Position numbers and translations under genes: made by a program
Part shown: positions 43,303-53,008 of the stretch, piece after piece
Numbering within the stretch: position 1 is the first letter of the stretch
Layout of the letters: every line of letters begins with the position of its first letter
Source of the DNA: a virus
Lineage: Duplodnaviria > Caudoviricetes
Virus record (IMG/VR): IMGVR_UViG_3300038704_000071
Span: 509 to 64,508 of that record
Direction: 5' to 3' (one strand)
DNA length: 64,000 nt
The notes under the pieces: model-generated
What the model saw: only the letters and a program-made list of their open reading frames with translations
What the model was told of the DNA's origin: nothing
Databases searched by the model: none

Positions 43303-44006
43303 GTTCCGACCGTCCGACCTTCGCCGTCACCACGGCCGCCGACGCCGATGCGCGCCGCTTCGTCGACCTCGATACCGTGCGGGCGCTGAGCGGCATCCCT
43401 TCGACAGGGTCCGGTGCCCTCGACGACGACACCCTGGGTCTGCGGCTCGACGCCGTGCTGGCTTCCATGGCCAGCAGCTGCCGTCTGGCCCGCTACCGGG
43501 CGCTGCCGCCGACCTTCGCGCAGGAGGAGGTCCGCGCGACCTGGCCGGCCTTCGTGGTGAGCGACTACGGCGCCCGCGGTTTCACGCGCGGTCCGCAACT
43601 GATCCTGCCGTGGCGGACGCCGATCACCGCCGTGGAGATCACCGAGGCCGGGGCAGAACTGGAGGAGGGCGTCACCTTCCGCGTCTTCGGCGCCGGGGTG
43701 CTGGAGCGCATCGGGGCGGAATGGTCGCTCGACGAGATCGTGGTCGACTACACCGCGGGCTGGATCGCCGATGATGACGAGAACCCGCCGCCAGCCGATC
43801 TGGTGCAGGCCATCGCCGACCAGGTCCGTCTGGCGCATGCGCAGTCCTCGGTGAACCCGCTGCTGCGCAACGAAGACCTCCCGGGCATCTGGTCCGGCAG
43901 CTTCAACACCATCGGCGGCGACGCCATCGATTCCTCCGGCCTCGGTCGCCCGCTGCTCGACATGCTGGAGCGCCTCGGCCTCAAGGCGCCACCGGCCTTC
44001 GCCTGA
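43299..44006 (+). CDS. Head-tail connector (gp6-like)
   Basis: Position; IVVDYTAGW...PPADL.QAI. Confidence 0.7.
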   Translation: MSSDRPTFAVTTAADADARRFVDLDTVRALSGIPSTGSGALDDDTLGLRLDAVLASMASSCRLARYRALPPTFAQEEVRATWPAFVVSDYGARGFTRGPQLILPWRTPITAVEITEAGAELEEGVTFRVFGAGVLERIGAEWSLDEIVVDYTAGWIADDDENPPPADLVQAIADQVRLAHAQSSVNPLLRNEDLPGIWSGSFNTIGGDAIDSSGLGRPLLDMLERLGLKAPPAFA

Positions 44007-44398
44007 TGTCCGACCCCTACGCCTTCGCCCGTGACCGCACCGCGGGGGCCTTGTCGCGTCTCAACACCGGCACCGTGACCCTGACCCGCGTGACCCGCGC
44101 CGACCTCGATCCCTCGACGCCGTGGCAGCCCGGCGCCGTGATCTCAACCGCCGTCTACACCCTGGATGCCCGCGCCGATGGCACCGCCGGGGAATATGCC
44201 GACGGCACCACCGTACTCGCCACCGACCGCATGGTCATCGCGTCGCCCCGGGCGACGCTGAATGGCACCGTCGTCGATCTGGTCCCGCTGATGACCGACA
44301 CCCTCGCGATCGATGGCGAGATCAAGACCATCAAGAAGATCGACGCCGTTCCTGCCGCCGGTCCTGCGGTTCGTTATCACATGTTCATTTCTTCGTAG
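44006..44398 (+). CDS. Head-closure/adaptor protein
   Basis: YADGTTVLATDRMV..., DTLAIDG; position. Confidence 0.7.
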   Translation: MSDPYAFARDRTAGALSRLNTGTVTLTRVTRADLDPSTPWQPGAVISTAVYTLDARADGTAGEYADGTTVLATDRMVIASPRATLNGTVVDLVPLMTDTLAIDGEIKTIKKIDAVPAAGPAVRYHMFISS

Positions 44399-44410
44399 GA
44401 GGGAGCCGCC

Positions 44411-44797
44411 ATGGCGATGGGCTTCACCGATGCCGTCGCCAAGTTCGCGCGCGACGCCGAGCAGGCCGAAACTGATGTCCTGCATCACGCGCTGCGCGGG
44501 CTCGACCAGGCCATCGTCGACAAGACTCCCGTGGTCACGGGAAATTTGCGGAACTCCCGCACGGTCTCGACCCTGGGCCCGCCGACCATCGACTGGAAGG
44601 TCAAGAAGTTCCGCGATCCCGATGACGCCATCAACAATGCCGTGGCGGGCGTCGAGCTCGGGCAGACGACGTGGCTCGGCTTTCGCGCCCCGTACGCGCA
44701 CAAGATCGAGCCGGAGCGCGGCATGCTGCGGCTAGCGGCCCAGCGCTGGCAGCAGATCGTGGCCGATGCCGTGCGGGCGGTGAGGGGCGGGCGATGA
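44411..44797 (+). CDS. Neck/tail-completion protein (HK97 gp10-like)
   Basis: TPVVTGNLRNS, PYAHKIE..GMLR. Confidence 0.75.
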   Translation: MAMGFTDAVAKFARDAEQAETDVLHHALRGLDQAIVDKTPVVTGNLRNSRTVSTLGPPTIDWKVKKFRDPDDAINNAVAGVELGQTTWLGFRAPYAHKIEPERGMLRLAAQRWQQIVADAVRAVRGGR

Positions 44798-45276
44798 GTA
44801 TTGAAGCAAGCATTGAGGCCGCTCTGTTCGGCCGCGTCGTCACCCTTGATCTTCTCGGGGATCCGCCGCTGGCGTGGCCAAACAAATATTTTAAGCCAAA
44901 TGGCCCGTATGTCCGGATCGATCATCTCCCGAACAGCACCACCAGGCTGTTCATCGGATCCGTCGCCCCACAGCTGTGGCAAGGCATCCTGCAGCTCACT
45001 GTTGTGACTCCGTTGAACGGAGGCGCGACCACGGCGACAGAACTGGCCGGCGGCATCGCCGAGCATTTTGACGCCGATCTCGCGCTTTATGGCGACGGCG
45101 TAAAAGTTCGCATTCAGAGGGCGCCGGACGTCATGGCGCCCGTGAAGGCTGACGCAACATGGAGTGTCCGTGTTGACGTCTACTACGATTGCATTGCGTC
45201 GATGGTTGACCTGTCCACTTTTGCCCAGCTCGACTTTTCCCTCTCCAGAAACTCCCAGTATCTCCCATTGATCTGA
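44794..45276 (+). CDS. Tail terminator protein
   Basis: LAWPN..F.P..PYVRIDHLPN..., GILQLTVV.P.NGG. Confidence 0.75.
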   Translation: MSIEASIEAALFGRVVTLDLLGDPPLAWPNKYFKPNGPYVRIDHLPNSTTRLFIGSVAPQLWQGILQLTVVTPLNGGATTATELAGGIAEHFDADLALYGDGVKVRIQRAPDVMAPVKADATWSVRVDVYYDCIASMVDLSTFAQLDFSLSRNSQYLPLI

Positions 45277-45286
45277 GGTCGCCCCG

Positions 45287-45709
45287 ATGACGATCAACGT
45301 AAAAGACGCCACCGGCGCCACGCGGGAAATATCGACGATCGACGACCTGCTCGAGTTGTTCCCCGCCGCCCTCACGGGCTCCGGCAACCTCAAGGTCGCC
45401 CTGGTTGAGAGTACGGCGCCGCAAAAGGTCATCGGCCAAGCTACTTGGACAAAGACAACCATCACGCTGACCGGCAACTCGGATCAGTTGCTTGCCGCGA
45501 ATGCCGCCCGTGTCGGCTTCATTGTGGTCAACCGGGTCGGCAACGCTCAGATCGATGTCGATATCGCGGGCGGTACCGTCGCCGCCAACACGGGCCGGCC
45601 GATTTTCGCCGGCAACGACTATTTCTTCACCGGAGTTTACTGCCCGACCGGGATTGTCACCGTGAAGGGGACGAACGGGCAGATTGTGAATGTCTGGGAG
45701 GCTGTGTGA
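45287..45709 (+). CDS. Hypothetical structural or moron protein
   Basis: GAGG RBS; beta-rich composition. Confidence 0.6.
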   Translation: MTINVKDATGATREISTIDDLLELFPAALTGSGNLKVALVESTAPQKVIGQATWTKTTITLTGNSDQLLAANAARVGFIVVNRVGNAQIDVDIAGGTVAANTGRPIFAGNDYFFTGVYCPTGIVTVKGTNGQIVNVWEAV

Positions 45710-47343
45710 TGAGGCGCTTTCTTACGGCATTCGCCGCACTGCTCGCTTCGGTCTCGCTGGCCTATGGGCAAGGCGGAAGCTCGGTCATTACCACCTTGCC
45801 ACTGGAGACCGCCGTCACCGGCATCCTGTCGCCCGCGAACGGCGGCAGCGGTGTCGCCAACAATGCCGCGGCGACGCTGACCCGGAGCGGCAACCACGCG
45901 CTCACGATCACGACCACGGGCATCACCGGAATCACACTGCCGACCTCGGGTACGCTCGCCATCCTTGGCGCCAATACCTTTTCCGGCACACAAACGTTTC
46001 CTGTTGGGACGCCCGACGCAAAGCCGTTGATGTTCGGCGCCGCCGGCGGCCTTTACCTTTCCGACTACGGGTCGACCGCGAACGTCGCCCTTGGCTCTCG
46101 GTCTCTGCTAGTCGATGTCGGCACCGGCTCAAATGTCGCTATCGGTGCTCAAACACTGGAAGTGGCCACCACCGGGCACACCAACACCGTAGTGGGCGCG
46201 CAGGCCGGCGCAAAGATCACGACCGGCATCAGCAACGCCAGCTTCGGCTACAAAGCCGGCGGCCAGATTACGACCGGCAACTACAACACCTTCGTCGGCA
46301 ACTATTCAGGCAAGGGCGGCGAGGTCACGCCAGTCGCCCTGACGGGGGATGGCAACACCTGCGTCGGCGAGGCCTCTTGCATCAACGTCCAGGGCGCCGC
46401 CGCGGAAAACACCGCGGTTGGGCTTAACGCCGGCTTCGGCATCACGACTGGGTTCAGAAACACGGCCATGGGGCATGTGTCTCAGAACGCTCAGGCGGCT
46501 GGCCAATACAACACGTCTTACGGCGCGCTGTCTTACCAATATCCAACGGGCGGCAACTACAACACAGCCCTCGGCCCGATGGCGATGGCGGGCAACGTCG
46601 GCACGCCCCTGTCTACGGGGCAGCAGAACGTCGCGGTTGGATATCAAGCCCTCGTGAATGCGCAGGGGGCCAACAGCTTCCTCGTCGCCATCGGCGCGCA
46701 GACGCTACAGTTAAATACGAGCGGTACGGCGGCTGTCGCCGTCGGCTATCAGGCATTGAACGCCAACACGACCGGAGCCGACAACACCGCGTTGGGCTAC
46801 CAAGCGATGAAGACGGGAGCTACCGGCGTGCAAAACACGGCGGTCGGTTCCGGCGCATTGGGCTACGCCGCCCTCACCGGCTTCAACAACACCGCGTTGG
46901 GCTATCGCGCCGGACAGAACGCCACCGGGGCAGATCGCAACGTGCTTATCGGGGCATCGGCGGGCAATCTGCTGTCGACCGGCGACAACAACACGCTGCT
47001 TGGCAGTGACGTCGCGCCCACGCTGACCACGGGAAGCAACAACATTGTAGTCGGCCGTTACGCTGATGTTCTCGCCAGCAGCACTGCAAACTTCCTGAAC
47101 ATCGGAAATTTGATCTTCGGCACCAGCCTGCCAACGAGCACCACGCCGGCCGGCAAAGTCGGCATCAAGACGAGCGCCCCCAATGCCGACTTCGAGGTGA
47201 ATGGCGTGCTCGGCATCACCACCCTCACGACCTGGGTGAATAATCAGACCTGCACGGCCGGACAGATCGTATGGGACGCCAGTTATCTCTATGTCTGCAC
47301 GGCCGCCAATACCGTGAAGCGCGCCGCGCTTTCGACGTTTTAG
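45709..47343 (+). CDS. Beta-helix/adhesin-like fibre protein with signal-peptide-like N-terminus
   Basis: MRRFLTAFAALLASVSLAYG; about 20 N(T/V)A(V/L)G..A repeats. Confidence 0.72.
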   Translation: MRRFLTAFAALLASVSLAYGQGGSSVITTLPLETAVTGILSPANGGSGVANNAAATLTRSGNHALTITTTGITGITLPTSGTLAILGANTFSGTQTFPVGTPDAKPLMFGAAGGLYLSDYGSTANVALGSRSLLVDVGTGSNVAIGAQTLEVATTGHTNTVVGAQAGAKITTGISNASFGYKAGGQITTGNYNTFVGNYSGKGGEVTPVALTGDGNTCVGEASCINVQGAAAENTAVGLNAGFGITTGFRNTAMGHVSQNAQAAGQYNTSYGALSYQYPTGGNYNTALGPMAMAGNVGTPLSTGQQNVAVGYQALVNAQGANSFLVAIGAQTLQLNTSGTAAVAVGYQALNANTTGADNTALGYQAMKTGATGVQNTAVGSGALGYAALTGFNNTALGYRAGQNATGADRNVLIGASAGNLLSTGDNNTLLGSDVAPTLTTGSNNIVVGRYADVLASSTANFLNIGNLIFGTSLPTSTTPAGKVGIKTSAPNADFEVNGVLGITTLTTWVNNQTCTAGQIVWDASYLYVCTAANTVKRAALSTF

Positions 47344-47360
47344 CCACCGAGGACGCCAGC

Positions 47361-47600
47361 ATGATCCGCACTCTCGCCGCGATCCTTGTCGCGCTCGCGT
47401 TTCCGCTTGCCGTCGCCGCGCAGCAACAAGCCGAAGATCCGAAGCTGTCGATCGCCCGCGAACTTCTCAGCGCACGCGATGCGCAGATCATCGCCCTGGG
47501 CGCCCAGGCCATCACGCTCGACGCCAAGGTCAAAGAACTGACCAAGGCGCTTGAAGAAGAGAAGGCCAAGGCCAAGCCGCCGGACGCGCCCAAGGGCTGA
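47361..47600 (+). CDS. Small secreted coiled-coil protein
   Basis: MIRTLAAILVALAFPLAVAA signal-like N-terminus. Confidence 0.6.
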   Translation: MIRTLAAILVALAFPLAVAAQQQAEDPKLSIARELLSARDAQIIALGAQAITLDAKVKELTKALEEEKAKAKPPDAPKG

Positions 47601-47646
47601 CGCGCTCAGATTCACCAACATTCCCTGCTCCGACAGGGATCAACCG

Positions 47647-47669
47647 CCCCGCTGCCGTGCGGGGTTTTT
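47647..47669 (+). terminator. Hairpin plus T-run before the major tail gene
   Basis: CCCCGC-TGCCGT-GCGGGG-TTTTT. Confidence 0.5.
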
Positions 47670-47692
47670 CATGCCATGAAAGGAAGACCCCA

Positions 47693-48205
47693 ATGGCGGT
47701 AAGCAAGACTGCGGGCGCGCGATTCTACATCGGCCCGGTTCTCAATCCCGACACGGTCGGCGCGCTGTCCGAATCGGCGGCGCTCGATTATTTCGAGCTG
47801 ATCTCCAGCGGCGATTGGGATGAGGTCGGCGAGATCGAAAGCTTCGGCGATCTCGGCGACAATTCCGAGGTGGCGACCTTCGCCTCGGTGGCCGATCGCC
47901 GCGTACGCAAGTTCAAGACCACGCGCGATGCCGGGACCATGACCATCGTCTGCGGCAAGGACGAACTCGACGACGGCCAGCTCGCCATGATCGCGGCGGA
48001 AAAGACCGACTTCAACTACGCCTTCAAGCTCGTCTACAACGACGCCGCCGACGGAACGGCATCGCCGACGACGGACTATTTCGGCGGCATGGTGATGTCG
48101 CGCCCGTCCAACATCGGCGGCGTCCAGGACATCACGAAGCGGACGTTCAACCTCGGCGTGAATACTTCAATTTATACTGACCAGACCGATCCCACGGGAT
48201 CGTAA
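47693..48205 (+). CDS. Major tail tube protein
   Basis: WDEVGEIESFGDLGD, RRVRKFKTTRDAG, TTDYFGGMVMS. Confidence 0.85.
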   Translation: MAVSKTAGARFYIGPVLNPDTVGALSESAALDYFELISSGDWDEVGEIESFGDLGDNSEVATFASVADRRVRKFKTTRDAGTMTIVCGKDELDDGQLAMIAAEKTDFNYAFKLVYNDAADGTASPTTDYFGGMVMSRPSNIGGVQDITKRTFNLGVNTSIYTDQTDPTGS

Positions 48206-48211
48206 GTCAGT

Positions 48212-48289
48212 TACAATGAGCGAGGCCGCCGGGTGCTGGAAACACTCGGCGGCCTCTAACCACTCCAACCTGCGCAAGAGGCTGAAATG
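48212..48289 (+). promoter_or_regulatory. Promoter and structured leader of the HNH gene
   Basis: TACAAT; hairpin GAGGCCGCCGGGTG-CTGGAAA-CACTCGGCGGCCTC; CAACCTG-N3-AAGAGG-N2-GAAATG. Confidence 0.55.
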
Positions 48290-48862
48290 GCTGCATCCCG
48301 TTTATGTGCAATCCCGAATTGCGGCAAGGCGGCTATCAAGCGTGGCTGGTGTGGCGGTCACTATCTGAGATGGTACAGGCATGGTGATCCGCTGTTTGAC
48401 CGGCGCGGCCGGAAGAAGTGGCTAGATCTCCACGCGGTAGCGTGTTCGGAAAAGGATCGATGCTTGGTGTTTCCATTTGCCAAGATGGCCAATGGATACG
48501 CTCAGATGTCTCTGGGCGGCAATGTCGAAATGCTCGCGCATCGGTATGTCTGCGAGAAAGCCCACGGACCGCCGCCCAGCCCCGAACACGAGACCGCCCA
48601 TTCCTGTGGCAATCGCCCCTGCGTCAACCGCTGGCATCTCCGGTGGGCGACAAAGGTTGAGAACGCAGCCGACAGGATGCTGCACGGCACTGACCCGCGC
48701 GGCGAGAAGAACGGCCACGCCAAATTGGCGCGATCTGCCGTGGAAGAGATCATAAGCCGACGAGGCATCGAAACCGGCAGATCGTTGGCCAAGCGCTTTG
48801 GCGTGACGCCGACACAGATCAGCAACATTCAACTGCGGAAGCAGTGGGTTTACCCAAACTGA
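48287..48862 (+). CDS. HNH homing endonuclease
   Basis: CAIPNC....RGWCGGHYLRW, AHRYVCEKAHG...TAHSCGNRPCVNRWHLRWATKVENAAD. Confidence 0.9.
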   Translation: MAASRLCAIPNCGKAAIKRGWCGGHYLRWYRHGDPLFDRRGRKKWLDLHAVACSEKDRCLVFPFAKMANGYAQMSLGGNVEMLAHRYVCEKAHGPPPSPEHETAHSCGNRPCVNRWHLRWATKVENAADRMLHGTDPRGEKNGHAKLARSAVEEIISRRGIETGRSLAKRFGVTPTQISNIQLRKQWVYPN

Positions 48863-48947
48863 TCGACCTCTCTCGCGAGAGACGGGGCCGTCGTTCGCCG
48901 GGGCGACGGCCCCAACCCGGCATCCGGCATTCCAACAGGGCGACACA

Positions 48948-49361
48948 ATGGACCTCGACGATCTCGACATGCTCACCGAGTCGGTGATGACGGTGCACAA
49001 GGGCGGCCAGCCGACGGATGTCACCTTCACCTTCGCCGGCCCCGGCCACGAGCGCGGCGTGGCGCAGACCGCGCGCATCGGGCGCGAGGCCACGCAGCGG
49101 AAGAAGCTGATGCAGCAGGCCCAGGTCAACGGCAAGAAGTGGGTGGCGCCGGAGGAGAACTTCCTCGAGGAAAACATCGCCTACGTCATCGAGCGCATGA
49201 TCGGCTGGTCCGGCCTGACCATGGGCGGCGAGCCCTGGCCCTTCACGCCGGATAATGCCCGCAAGCTGCTGGGCGATCCCGGCCGGGTCTACATGGTCAC
49301 CCAGGCCATGGACTTCCTGCTCGACGACAACTCTTTTACGAAGCGCTCGCCGAAGGTCTGA
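48948..49361 (+). CDS. Tail assembly chaperone (G-like)
   Basis: Lies between tail tube and tape measure genes; IGWSGL....PFTPDNARKL. Confidence 0.75.
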   Translation: MDLDDLDMLTESVMTVHKGGQPTDVTFTFAGPGHERGVAQTARIGREATQRKKLMQQAQVNGKKWVAPEENFLEENIAYVIERMIGWSGLTMGGEPWPFTPDNARKLLGDPGRVYMVTQAMDFLLDDNSFTKRSPKV

Positions 49362-49843
49362 CCGCCTACGCCGAGCGCTATTTCCATCTGGCGGAGGCCG
49401 ACGGCACCGGGCAGAGCCGCCACGCCAGATTGGTCGCCCGCCGGGAGCGGGCCGAAGCGAAGGGCGCCGCGCACGTGCTGGCCGAGATCGAGGCCGAACT
49501 ACAGCTGCCGCCGTTCCCCGATGAGCTGTTCTACCTCTGGCAGACCTATCTGCGGCTGAGACGGCGGGCGCCGGCGGGGTTCGCCGGCCCGCAGCCCGTC
49601 GGCTGGCAGGATATCGACGCCTTCACGCGGCTGTCCGGTGTCCGGCTGGCGCCGTGGGAGATCGGCGTCGTGGAAGCGCTCGACGAGATCTATCTGCGGC
49701 CGGCATCGAAGCCGGGTCCACCCAGCGGCCAGGCCGCGAGGGTTTCGGCGGCATCGAGCGACGGCGCCGGCGTCCGCGCCATCCTCGGCGGGATCGGCAA
49801 GCGGCGGGTCTTCAAACGAACCAAGGGAGAGGCCAGTGGCTGA
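49331..49843 (+). CDS. Tail assembly chaperone extension (T-like), probably reached by -1 frameshift
   Basis: The -1 frame is open from the TCTTTT site: FYEALAEGLTAYAERYF...YLWQTYLRL...GWQDIDAFTRLSGVRLAPWE. Confidence 0.6.
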   Translation, partial: LFYEALAEGLTAYAERYFHLAEADGTGQSRHARLVARRERAEAKGAAHVLAEIEAELQLPPFPDELFYLWQTYLRLRRRAPAGFAGPQPVGWQDIDAFTRLSGVRLAPWEIGVVEALDEIYLRPASKPGPPSGQAARVSAASSDGAGVRAILGGIGKRRVFKRTKGEASG

Positions 49844-52409
49844 AGTCGCGAGTCTGTCGCTTGAGGTGAAGTTCGAGTCCGCGCGGGAGGCCACGGCGGC
49901 CTTGCGCGAGATGGTGCCCGCGGCCGCTGCCGCTGAGCGAGCGGCCCAACGTTGGGGCACGTCGAATTCTGCCGCGGCCCGGGCGACGGAAGACTTTTCC
50001 AAGCGCGTCCAACGCACGATCCGCGACCTCGAGTTCGAACGCCAGCAATTGACCCGCAGCGCCCAAGCGCAGCAGCGTTATGCCATCCTCCGTCGCGCTG
50101 GTGTGGCTGAGGCGTCCGCCGAAGGCCGGGCGATCATGGCATCCGTTGCGGCACTGCAAGCGCAGAAGGCGGCCATCGAGTCCAACAATGCGAGCCGCCA
50201 GCGCGCCATGCTGCTGGCGAATTCCGGCAAGGGCGCAACGGGGCTTCCGCTCATGGGCGGTGGATTGGGTGGCCTCGCCGCGACGGCCGCCGGCTACGTG
50301 AGCGCACGGGCCGTCGTGGAAGCGGCCGATGCCTATACTCGCTTCACGAACCAGCTGAAGGTCGCAGGCGTCGCCGGCAGCAACATGGACGAGGTGCAGT
50401 CGGCTCTGTTCGCGTCTGCCCAAAAGAACGGCGTCGAGATCGAGGCGCTGGGCAAACTCTATAGCCGGGCCTCTATGGCGGCCGGCGAGCTCGGGGCCGA
50501 TCAAGGCAAGCTGCTGCAATTCACGGACGGCGTGACGGCGGCCCTTCGCGTGCAGGGCGGCTCCAGCGAGTCCGCGTCGGGTGCCCTGCTGCAGCTCTCG
50601 CAGGCGCTGGGCTCCGGAATCGTCCGCGCCGAGGAATTCAACTCGATCCTTGAGGGTGCCTATCCCATCGCGCAGGCGGCGGCACGCGGTATCGACGGCA
50701 TGGGTGGCTCGGTGGCCAGGCTCCGCGCCGCCGTTGCCGACGGACGGGTGACTTCGCAGCAGTTCTTTGCCGGCCTTCTCAAGGGCTTCGAAGAAACGAA
50801 GCGGCAGGCCGAGGGGATGAGCCTGACGGTTGCCCAGGCATCGACCAACCTCGAAACATCGTGGATCAAACTCATCGGGCAGGCCGACAAGCTGCTCGGC
50901 ATTTCGCCGACGATTGCCTCGGCGATCGGCGGCATCGGCTCTCTCATGGAGACACTGGCGGCGAACACCGAGCGGGCAAACCGCGCGCTCGCCGGCCTGC
51001 CGAAAGACGCCTCCTTCCTCGAAAAGCTCGACGCCATCTTCGGCGGTCGATACGGCCACAACACCATGGGAGGGCTTCGCCTGGAGACGCCCGCCGAGGC
51101 GGCCGAGCGGAGGCTGGAGAGCCTGAAGCGTGAGTTGGCCAGCGGCAACCCTGCGAACGAAGGCCGCGAGTCGGAGATACAGGCCGAGATCGACAAGTAC
51201 ACCAAGCTCGCGCAGGTCATCCCGGAGCCGGACCCGTTCAATATGCCGCCGGTCGTGGTCGGGGCGCCGCGCGTAGGCCCGTCGGCAGCCACCGGCAAAA
51301 AGGGCGGCTCCGACCCCTACGCCAAGGCCATCGAATCCGCCCGCGAGTACGTCCTGACCAAGAAGGCCGAGACCGCGGCCGTGGGCGAAACCGTGCTGGT
51401 CGCCGCCCGGCTGCGTCACGAACAGGAACTGCTGAACAAGGCCACGGGTGACGGCAAGACGCTGTCCGAGGCACAGAAAGCGGCTGTCCGCGAGATGGCC
51501 GGCGCCATGGCCGAGGCCGACAATGCGCTCGCCACGGCGAAGTTCATGGACGACGCCAAGACCAAGTCGGCCGACTTCATTGCCGCACAGGAGATGGAAC
51601 AGCAGGCGCTGTTCATGTCGGCCGAAGCTGCCGATGCGCTGCGGTTCTCGACGGAGATGCTGAACGAGGCCCGCCGCGCCGGCATCGAACTGACCCCCGA
51701 CCAGGTCGACGCCATCAAGCAGTCGGCCGATGCGATGGCCGCCGCGAAGGCCCGCACGCAGCAGCTGGGCGAGATGGTCGGGCTCGGTCGCGAGGTCTTC
51801 AAGGGCTTCTTCTCCGACATGCGCGAAGGCCTGATGAATGGCCAAACGGTGTGGGAAGCCTTTGGCAACGCCGCCATGAACGCGCTGAACCGGATCGCGG
51901 AAAAGCTGATCGAGATGGCGGCGGCGCAGCTATTCGAAGCCGCCTTCCCGGGTGGTGGCAGTGCCGGTGGCGGCCTCGGCGGGCTCATCGGCTCTATCTT
52001 CGGCGGTGGTGGTGGAGTGGCCGCGGGATCTGGCTTCACCTTCGCCCACGGCGCCGCCTTCCATCACGGCAACGTCGTCCCCTTCGCATCGGGCGGCATG
52101 GTCACCAGCCCGACGATGTTCCCGATGTCCGGCGGTCGGCGCGGCGTCATGGGCGAGGCCGGCCCGGAAGCGATCATGCCGCTGCGACGCGGGCCGAACG
52201 GCAGCCTCGGCGTCCAGATGCACGGCGGTGCTGCAGCCAATGAGAACACCACCGTGATCGTGAACCAGACCGTGCACGTCGGTGAGTTCGTCACCACCCA
52301 ACAATTCGCCTCGGGGATGCGCAACGTGAAGAAGTCTGCCGAAGAGGGCGCGCAGGCCGCGCTCATCAACCGCCGCAAGCGTGGCGGCCTCGACGATGTG
52401 TTCCGCTGA
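49836..52409 (+). CDS. Tape measure protein
   Basis: ADAYTRFTNQLK, LLQLSQALGSG..RAEEFNSILE, C-terminal GVMGEAGPEAIMPL. Confidence 0.93.
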   Translation: MAEVASLSLEVKFESAREATAALREMVPAAAAAERAAQRWGTSNSAAARATEDFSKRVQRTIRDLEFERQQLTRSAQAQQRYAILRRAGVAEASAEGRAIMASVAALQAQKAAIESNNASRQRAMLLANSGKGATGLPLMGGGLGGLAATAAGYVSARAVVEAADAYTRFTNQLKVAGVAGSNMDEVQSALFASAQKNGVEIEALGKLYSRASMAAGELGADQGKLLQFTDGVTAALRVQGGSSESASGALLQLSQALGSGIVRAEEFNSILEGAYPIAQAAARGIDGMGGSVARLRAAVADGRVTSQQFFAGLLKGFEETKRQAEGMSLTVAQASTNLETSWIKLIGQADKLLGISPTIASAIGGIGSLMETLAANTERANRALAGLPKDASFLEKLDAIFGGRYGHNTMGGLRLETPAEAAERRLESLKRELASGNPANEGRESEIQAEIDKYTKLAQVIPEPDPFNMPPVVVGAPRVGPSAATGKKGGSDPYAKAIESAREYVLTKKAETAAVGETVLVAARLRHEQELLNKATGDGKTLSEAQKAAVREMAGAMAEADNALATAKFMDDAKTKSADFIAAQEMEQQALFMSAEAADALRFSTEMLNEARRAGIELTPDQVDAIKQSADAMAAAKARTQQLGEMVGLGREVFKGFFSDMREGLMNGQTVWEAFGNAAMNALNRIAEKLIEMAAAQLFEAAFPGGGSAGGGLGGLIGSIFGGGGGVAAGSGFTFAHGAAFHHGNVVPFASGGMVTSPTMFPMSGGRRGVMGEAGPEAIMPLRRGPNGSLGVQMHGGAAANENTTVIVNQTVHVGEFVTTQQFASGMRNVKKSAEEGAQAALINRRKRGGLDDVFR

Positions 52410-53008
52410 TGGCCATCACCTTTCCCCGCGCGTTCCTGACGCATCGCGGTCCGTCCGAGATCACGATCCGGCAGAGCAACGTCGTCGGCATGAACGTCTC
52501 GCCATTCTCGCTGGTGCCGCAGGTCTACGAATGGCCCGGCGCCGAGCGGTGGGAGGCCGACATCGGCTTCGACCCCATGGACCGCGCCACGGCCGAACCG
52601 TGGGTGGCGTTCTTCACGTCGATGCGGGGGCCGGTGGGGTCCTTCACCATGGGCGATCCGGCCGGGGCCTCCCCGCGCGGGACGGTTTCGGGATCGGTCA
52701 CCGCCACGGGCTCGGTGCGATCGCATACGATCACGCTGAGCGGCGGCACCGGAACCCTGCTGGCCGGCGACTGGATCAGCTTTGGCTCGAGCCGGTGGCT
52801 GCACAAGGTCATGGTCGACGTCACCCTGGGCTCGACGCCGTCCTGCGAGATCTGGCCCTCCTTGCGGGCGGCGCTGTCGTCCTCGGCGCTGACCTACAGT
52901 GGGGCCAAAGGCCGCTTCATGCTGACGGAGACGCCGCAATGGACCATCGGTCCGGCTAGCGTCTATGAGCGGCTCACGATCAAGGCCATCGAGGACCTCC
53001 GGCCGTGA
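52409..53008 (+). CDS. Distal tail protein-like
   Basis: Follows the tape measure gene; SPFSLVPQVY.W.G.ERW. Confidence 0.7.
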   Translation: MAITFPRAFLTHRGPSEITIRQSNVVGMNVSPFSLVPQVYEWPGAERWEADIGFDPMDRATAEPWVAFFTSMRGPVGSFTMGDPAGASPRGTVSGSVTATGSVRSHTITLSGGTGTLLAGDWISFGSSRWLHKVMVDVTLGSTPSCEIWPSLRAALSSSALTYSGAKGRFMLTETPQWTIGPASVYERLTIKAIEDLRP

